A DNA stretch of 61,586 bases, counting the filler. It is 11 parts of 11 records of this genome, joined end to end, with 100 filler letters (N's around TTAATTAATTAA, not from the genome) between each part and the next. Parts side by side here need not be neighbours in the genome. Positions count along the whole stretch, not along the records: positions 56,654 to 61,586 come from SRR15195285_4337; 10 more parts are not named here. One strand, given 5' to 3'. A program made the translations under genes and the position numbers. Positions within the stretch are counted from its first letter, which is position 1, and every line of letters starts with the position of its first letter. The notes under the pieces are model-generated. The model worked only from the letters and a program-made list of their open reading frames with translations. It had not been told where the DNA came from and ran no database searches. Shown piece after piece: positions 56,654-61,586 of the stretch.

Positions 56654-57130
56654 AGTACAAAATACGGCTGCATTTGTGTAAACTGCTGTCAGGATGACTA
56701 GAAAGTAGTACTGTACCGACCGGGCACTGGAGTACTAGCTAGCAGACCGCTCGAGTACTGTATTGTACATGTATACAAGGACATACATGTACAATACTGT
56801 ACACGTACTACTATAATAGTACATCTACTACTGGTACAATGCTGTCAACCTTATCCTAGTACTACCTAGCTACTAGCTAGTAGGTACAGCCTGTAGTAGT
56901 ACAGCTGTACCGCTACTAGTACCTTAGGTATAGTACCAGTAGTCATGTAGATGTACCGGCAACATATTCAACATGACATGACATCATGTACTATACGATG
57001 AATACTATAGTCTACTAGATAGCTATTGTACAGTACACAGTACACCTACTAGATCTAGCTAGTACGTACTAGTACGTGTACACGTACAGCTGAATAACTA
57101 GAATGACAATGTACAGTATAGTACAGTACC
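56654..57130. repeat. Low-complexity GTAC/CTAG palindrome-rich tract
   Basis: Same composition as 52161-52480, at a contig start. Confidence 0.7.
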
Positions 57131-57380
57131 TCGGCATTTGCGATCCGCTGATAAAATTCTCGCAGTCAAGACAGACAGAGATGAGAGAGGCAGACGGGGG
57201 AGAACGAAAAAAAGACTCATCAACCAGTGAGTGAACAGCTGAACACTGAACTGGCAGTCATTACAGTCCGTCAGTCTCGTTGCCGGTTCCTCGCGACGCG
57301 CGAGCGAGGCACGGAGGCACGCCGCGCGTCGAACCAACGACGCACAAGGGCAGCTTGCTCGCGCCTGTGCAGCCGTCGCC

Positions 57381-60187
57381 ATGCGCATGGTAAACGTAGC
57401 GCTTGCCTTGGTGCTGGTTATCGCAACAGTTGCCGATGCGAAGGACAACTTCAATCATCGCCCATGCGCGAAGGCGGGCAACACGAACATGGAGGCTTCA
57501 GGGAATGCAAATGTGAGCTCAGCGAGTCGGCCCAACAGCACTGTTTCCCACTAGTAGCTGTGTCGAGGATAGGTCGTTCGAGTCTAGCACATCAGTCCAC
57601 ACTTTAGGGGATGAGAAGTACACGGGGGTGCTCACCTGCACTCCGGCTTCAGCAAGTTGAATCTGCCGCTGAGCGTCAGGATGTGCTCGTTGCCACAACA
57701 GATTTGCCCAGAGCTCAACGAGGAACAGAGATGCTCGCAGGCTAACGTCACCAAAGAGGCCTGCGTGAGGCCTGCCAGACAAACAACCAAACCGGACGGC
57801 ACAGTGGTTTGTGAAGAGCGAACTTACTCTCTTGAAGAGCGAAAGGTTGTGACCATCGAGACGCCCAGAAGGGTGGTCAGCAGCGACATCAGCGAGTTTT
57901 ATCAGTTCGTTGGAGAAAACCTCGACCAATCAAAATACACGGAGTACTCATACTTCCAGGATGGACAGTGTCACAAATGGAACGAAGGAGAAAACATCGT
58001 TCAGGGCTGTGCTCCGTTCCCGTCTATGGCTGCGTGTAGTTTTGCCTGTCGCGAGTATGACGTCAACAAGATGGAAGAGATAACTGAAGAAATGGAGGAA
58101 GAAGCCCTCGAAATCGGGGCGTTCCTGTTCCATTTTTCTATCATGTTCTACATGTGTCTTGCGCTCGCCTTAGTCTGCGAGGACTTCTTTGTGGCGTCGC
58201 TTGAGATCATCATCGACAAACTCCAGTTGCCCCCGGATGTGGCCGGCGCGACGTTCATGGCTGCTGGCTCGTCGTCGCCAGAGCTATTTGTGGCGACCGT
58301 TGCTGTGTTTGCTGTTGGTGACGCTGGCCATCGCTGTTCACTGATCAACGAAGAAAACAGTCAGTACAGTCCCAGTGATGCTCAGTTTAAACCCGAATTT
58401 GCTCTGCCATGCGATACTCCAGAGGACAGTCTCGGCTGGCTAACCGACCCTGATGCGATGGGTAGCGACGGTGATGTGGCTAAAGATAACACCACTATTG
58501 CCGCGTGCTCATTGGTAGACGAGCATATGCTTGGTCAGAAGATCTATATCGATGAGGGCATCGGAGTAGGTGCTGTTGTTGGATCGACGATGTTCAACAC
58601 ACTCTGTATCATCGGTGGTTCTGCCGTCGTCTCTGGCAAAATCTCGAAGCTGGACTGGAGAATTATCCTGCGTGATGGCACGACTTACATGGTCGCAGTC
58701 TTTACGCTGGCGTGGGTCTTGAACATGCCAGACATGGAAGAGCACCCGGTCCTGGCGTTCTTCTCCCCAGAATCTGAGTCCTGCAGGCCAATCAAGCTCA
58801 CAAAAGATGTAATCGACAGTGTAACAGCTGATCATTGGGGTTCCGAAGCTGCAGACAACGCGCACAAGCTGAGTGCTGACGCCACCTACTGCGGTAAGCA
58901 CACAATCCACACAGCTGCTTGCTTGCGGTTCTTCTTTGCTGTACCGGCGACAGCCGCATGCATCAGATGCGCAAAACTCACTCTTGTCAACGTTTTTTTG
59001 CTACAGAGCCGAAGGTGTACGGTACCTATGATGATCCGCTTGCTCGCGTGACGAGTGGTGAGACCATCGTTCTGCTGGTGTTTTACGGGATGTATATCAT
59101 CCTGTGCGCTGTGTTTGGGCGAATCATGGACAAGCTTTGCCCGGCTTACGGCAGTTCGAACTCGATTGGCTTCGCGGAAATGGGCGCGGCAACAACGTCG
59201 TTTGACGCACAAGATAAAACGAACAGGCCATCCATTGATGGATTCGAAGCATACAAGAAGAATCGCCAGCTACAGAACCGCCGTACAGTTGTGGCTCGAC
59301 AACTAGTTGGCGCTGTTCTTCGTGGCGAAGCGACGTACGAGGAACTCACTGGGTCTGCACAGCAGACCACTGGCGACGGGTACAGTGCCGACGTTTCTGA
59401 GAGTCTGGCAACGGGCTCTGCTTCAGGTGCACACGCTAAGGGCTTGATGGACTCCAGCCTTTTCGACGAAGCTGTGACGAACATTGACGATGTCACGGGT
59501 GAAGCCCGAGGCTCTGTCTCGAGTGCAGACTCTGAAGGTGACGCTGAGCACGGTGACCATGGCGACGGCCATGAAGAGCACGTTCACAACATCTGGGCTG
59601 TTCCGACTGGCAAGGCCAAGGTATTCTGGGCCGTGTCGTTTCCATTGATGGTTGCGTTCACGTACACAATTCCTGATCCAAATCGTGGGTACCCTTGCGC
59701 TCCGAACAAGTTTAAGCACTGGTATCTCGTCACATTTTCCATGGCTATCGCATGGATGGGCGTGCTTGTGGAGGTGATGGTAGAGCACGCCATTGAAGCT
59801 TTTCACGAGGCTCTTGGTGTTGACATGGGGCCACTTGGTTTGACGTTCGTCGCAGCCGGCACTAGCTTTCCCGATTTCCTTGCTTCGATGCTTGTCGCCA
59901 AGAAGGGCCTGGCTGATATGGCCGTCTCAAACGCCTTCGGCTCGAACATTTTTGACGTCTTGCTTGGACTTGGATGGCCGTGGATGATGCAGACAACCTT
60001 GGTGGACCCAGGAGCAGTACTGTACGTCGGTTCCATGTCCTTCCTAAACGACTCCTTTTCGCTGCTGATCGGGAGCTACTTCATCTGGCTGTTTGTGCTT
60101 TCCTGCGTCAAATGGAACCTGGCCCCATTGATGGGTGTGGTGATGTGTGCGTGCTACGTGATGTGGGCGTCGTCGCTGTTCTTCTGA
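57381..60187 (+). CDS. K+-dependent Na+/Ca2+ exchanger (NCKX/SLC24-like) with signal peptide and Cys-rich extracellular segments
   Basis: Alpha-1 repeat [18 protein letters not shown]...[10 protein letters not shown] and alpha-2 repeat [13 protein letters not shown]...[12 protein letters not shown]. Intron 58894-59006 is in frame, and a probable intron 57513-57701 follows the signal-peptide exon. Confidence 0.9.
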
Positions 60188-60665
60188 TTGGGTATTGAGG
60201 CACAATTATATGAGGAAGCCGGTGAATCAAAGAAAAGCATTCCATTGACGTAGAATCATTATGCATAGGTAGTCAGCTGCCACGCACACCCATTATTTTC
60301 CCATGCAAGCACACACGCGCATGCAATGGTCGCGGATAGGAGCAAAGATACTAGTGCAACACACTAGCGGGGTTCACAGAATCTAGAGTACTCGGTGTAC
60401 CCAAAAATATGGGGCACTGGGTGTGAGGCGAAACACGTTGCATCTCTACCAGCCAGCGCTCATGCGGCCTCCCAGTATTTCCGCCGACGCGCTCAGCGAT
60501 GGCATCGCGTCATTCCCCGGTCCTGGCAACGACGCTGCAGCCGTGAACAGAATAGCCCTGGCCGCGACTCTCCTAGGCATGAGTTCAGGCGCTCCGTCAG
60601 ATCAAGTGATGGCAATAGAAATACAGCCAGGCAAACATGCGGGTAACGAAAACGCCACGACTGTC

Positions 60666-61586
60666 TCACGTTCTTGCGGCCCCGTGGCTACGAATTGCGG
60701 CGTCATCAGGCGCAGCTCCACGCTCCCAAGGTGGTCCTGGGTTTCGGCGTCGCTCGCGAATTACAAGTCGCTCCTTTTGCCCCTGCCGCCGCCTCTCCAT
60801 CTGATCTGCCGTCATCCCGACCGAGCTAGAGCCGACAGCGCGCAGCAATCGTGTAGTTCGCCCAACCATGCCGTCGGGTGTCGGGCAGCGGCCAGTCGTC
60901 TTGAGGTGTTTAGGAAGTCGCCTACCAGCCGTCGGATCTTTGGGGTGCTGCCGAATCTTGATTGGGTTATTCGTCTGTAGCTCGATTGAGTGTCTCTGGT
61001 TACGGCGGACGTCTCGGCCCATCGTCGAAAAGTTCGGAAACCTCGCAGCCTCCCAGTCCTCTCGCCGTTGCTGCAGCCCTTCCCGACCTAGCTTGCCTTT
61101 CCCCCAACCAGGGCCGAGGCTCCATGATTCTGCCCGTTTCTCAGCAGCGCGCTTGGGTGGGGTGAGGCGAGCAAGTACGCGCCGTCGTTTGGGGAACATT
61201 CGGCCCTGTGCCTCTCGCACGAGCTGGGTGCGATCCTCCTCGGCCACGGCAATGCAGTTGTTCAGCTCCTCGGCACGCTCGAGTCCCACGAGTGGTTGCA
61301 CTGCCCCGCCCCAGTCCTCCGTCATAAGGTGCGCCCGGTTCTGCAGCAGGTCGACCGTCGGCGTCCTGGGCGGATCCTGCAGCACATCACCTTGATGCCC
61401 TCCCCGTGTTACCTCTACACGCGGTCCTCTCGGCGCGTGCATCCACCGATACGCCACCAGCGGATCGACGGAGGGTAGCAGCCCCCGGCGTGTAGCAGCC
61501 CCGGCTGCCGCTGGCTCAGCCCCCACCTCCGCATCCGTCACAACCAGCTCCGTGCTATCTGGCTCCGGCTCCGGCTCCGGCTCCGG
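60666..61586 (-). CDS. Hypothetical protein, partial, with EPEPEP tract
   Basis: The ORF is open to the window end through (GAGCCG)n encoding PEPEPEP. No family recognised. Confidence 0.5.
   Translation of the reverse strand, partial: PEPEPEPEPDSTELVVTDAEVGAEPAAAGAATRRGLLPSVDPLVAYRWMHAPRGPRVEVTRGGHQGDVLQDPPRTPTVDLLQNRAHLMTEDWGGAVQPLVGLERAEELNNCIAVAEEDRTQLVREAQGRMFPKRRRVLARLTPPKRAAEKRAESWSLGPGWGKGKLGREGLQQRREDWEAARFPNFSTMGRDVRRNQRHSIELQTNNPIKIRQHPKDPTAGRRLPKHLKTTGRCPTPDGMVGRTTRLLRAVGSSSVGMTADQMERRRQGQKERLVIRERRRNPGPPWERGAAPDDAAIRSHGAART

Noticed and set aside
1-60187. Apparent cluster of five ion channel/transporter genes (TRP, CNBD, K2P, TRIC, NCKX)
   Set aside because: They lie on different concatenated contigs, so adjacency carries no information.

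Overview
This window is not one locus. It is 11 unrelated contigs joined by artificial 100-nt spacers (N44-TTAATTAATTAA-N44). The DNA is from an intron-containing microbial eukaryote, with GT-AG introns of about 80-190 nt. EPEPEP tracts and GTAC-rich contig ends suggest a Picozoa-like single-cell assembly, but that is an inference. Genes reconstructed by splicing by eye: a giant ankyrin-TRP-like channel, a CNBD (HCN/EAG-like) channel, a GH32 fragment, a degenerate ComB-like protein, an EGF/Cys-rich multipass receptor, a DUF1349 protein, a K2P channel, a calmodulin/ankyrin/KH mosaic protein, an AID/APOBEC-like deaminase, a TRIC channel, a Fes-like esterase, a membrane protein with a peptidase-G2-type autocleavage domain, GDP-mannose 3',5'-epimerase, a sterol desaturase-family hydroxylase, a kelch membrane protein, an isochorismatase and an NCKX exchanger. 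Two candidates stand out. (1) A CCHC zinc-knuckle-fused AID/APOBEC-like deaminase carries an in-frame TAG exactly where a repeat Trp (TGG) is expected. (2) A putative MYRF-analogous, membrane-tethered, self-cleaving transcription factor is built from a CG-1-like domain, a phage-type intramolecular chaperone, a TM helix and a Cys-rich/SRCR ectodomain. All domain calls are motif recognition by eye; no searches were run.
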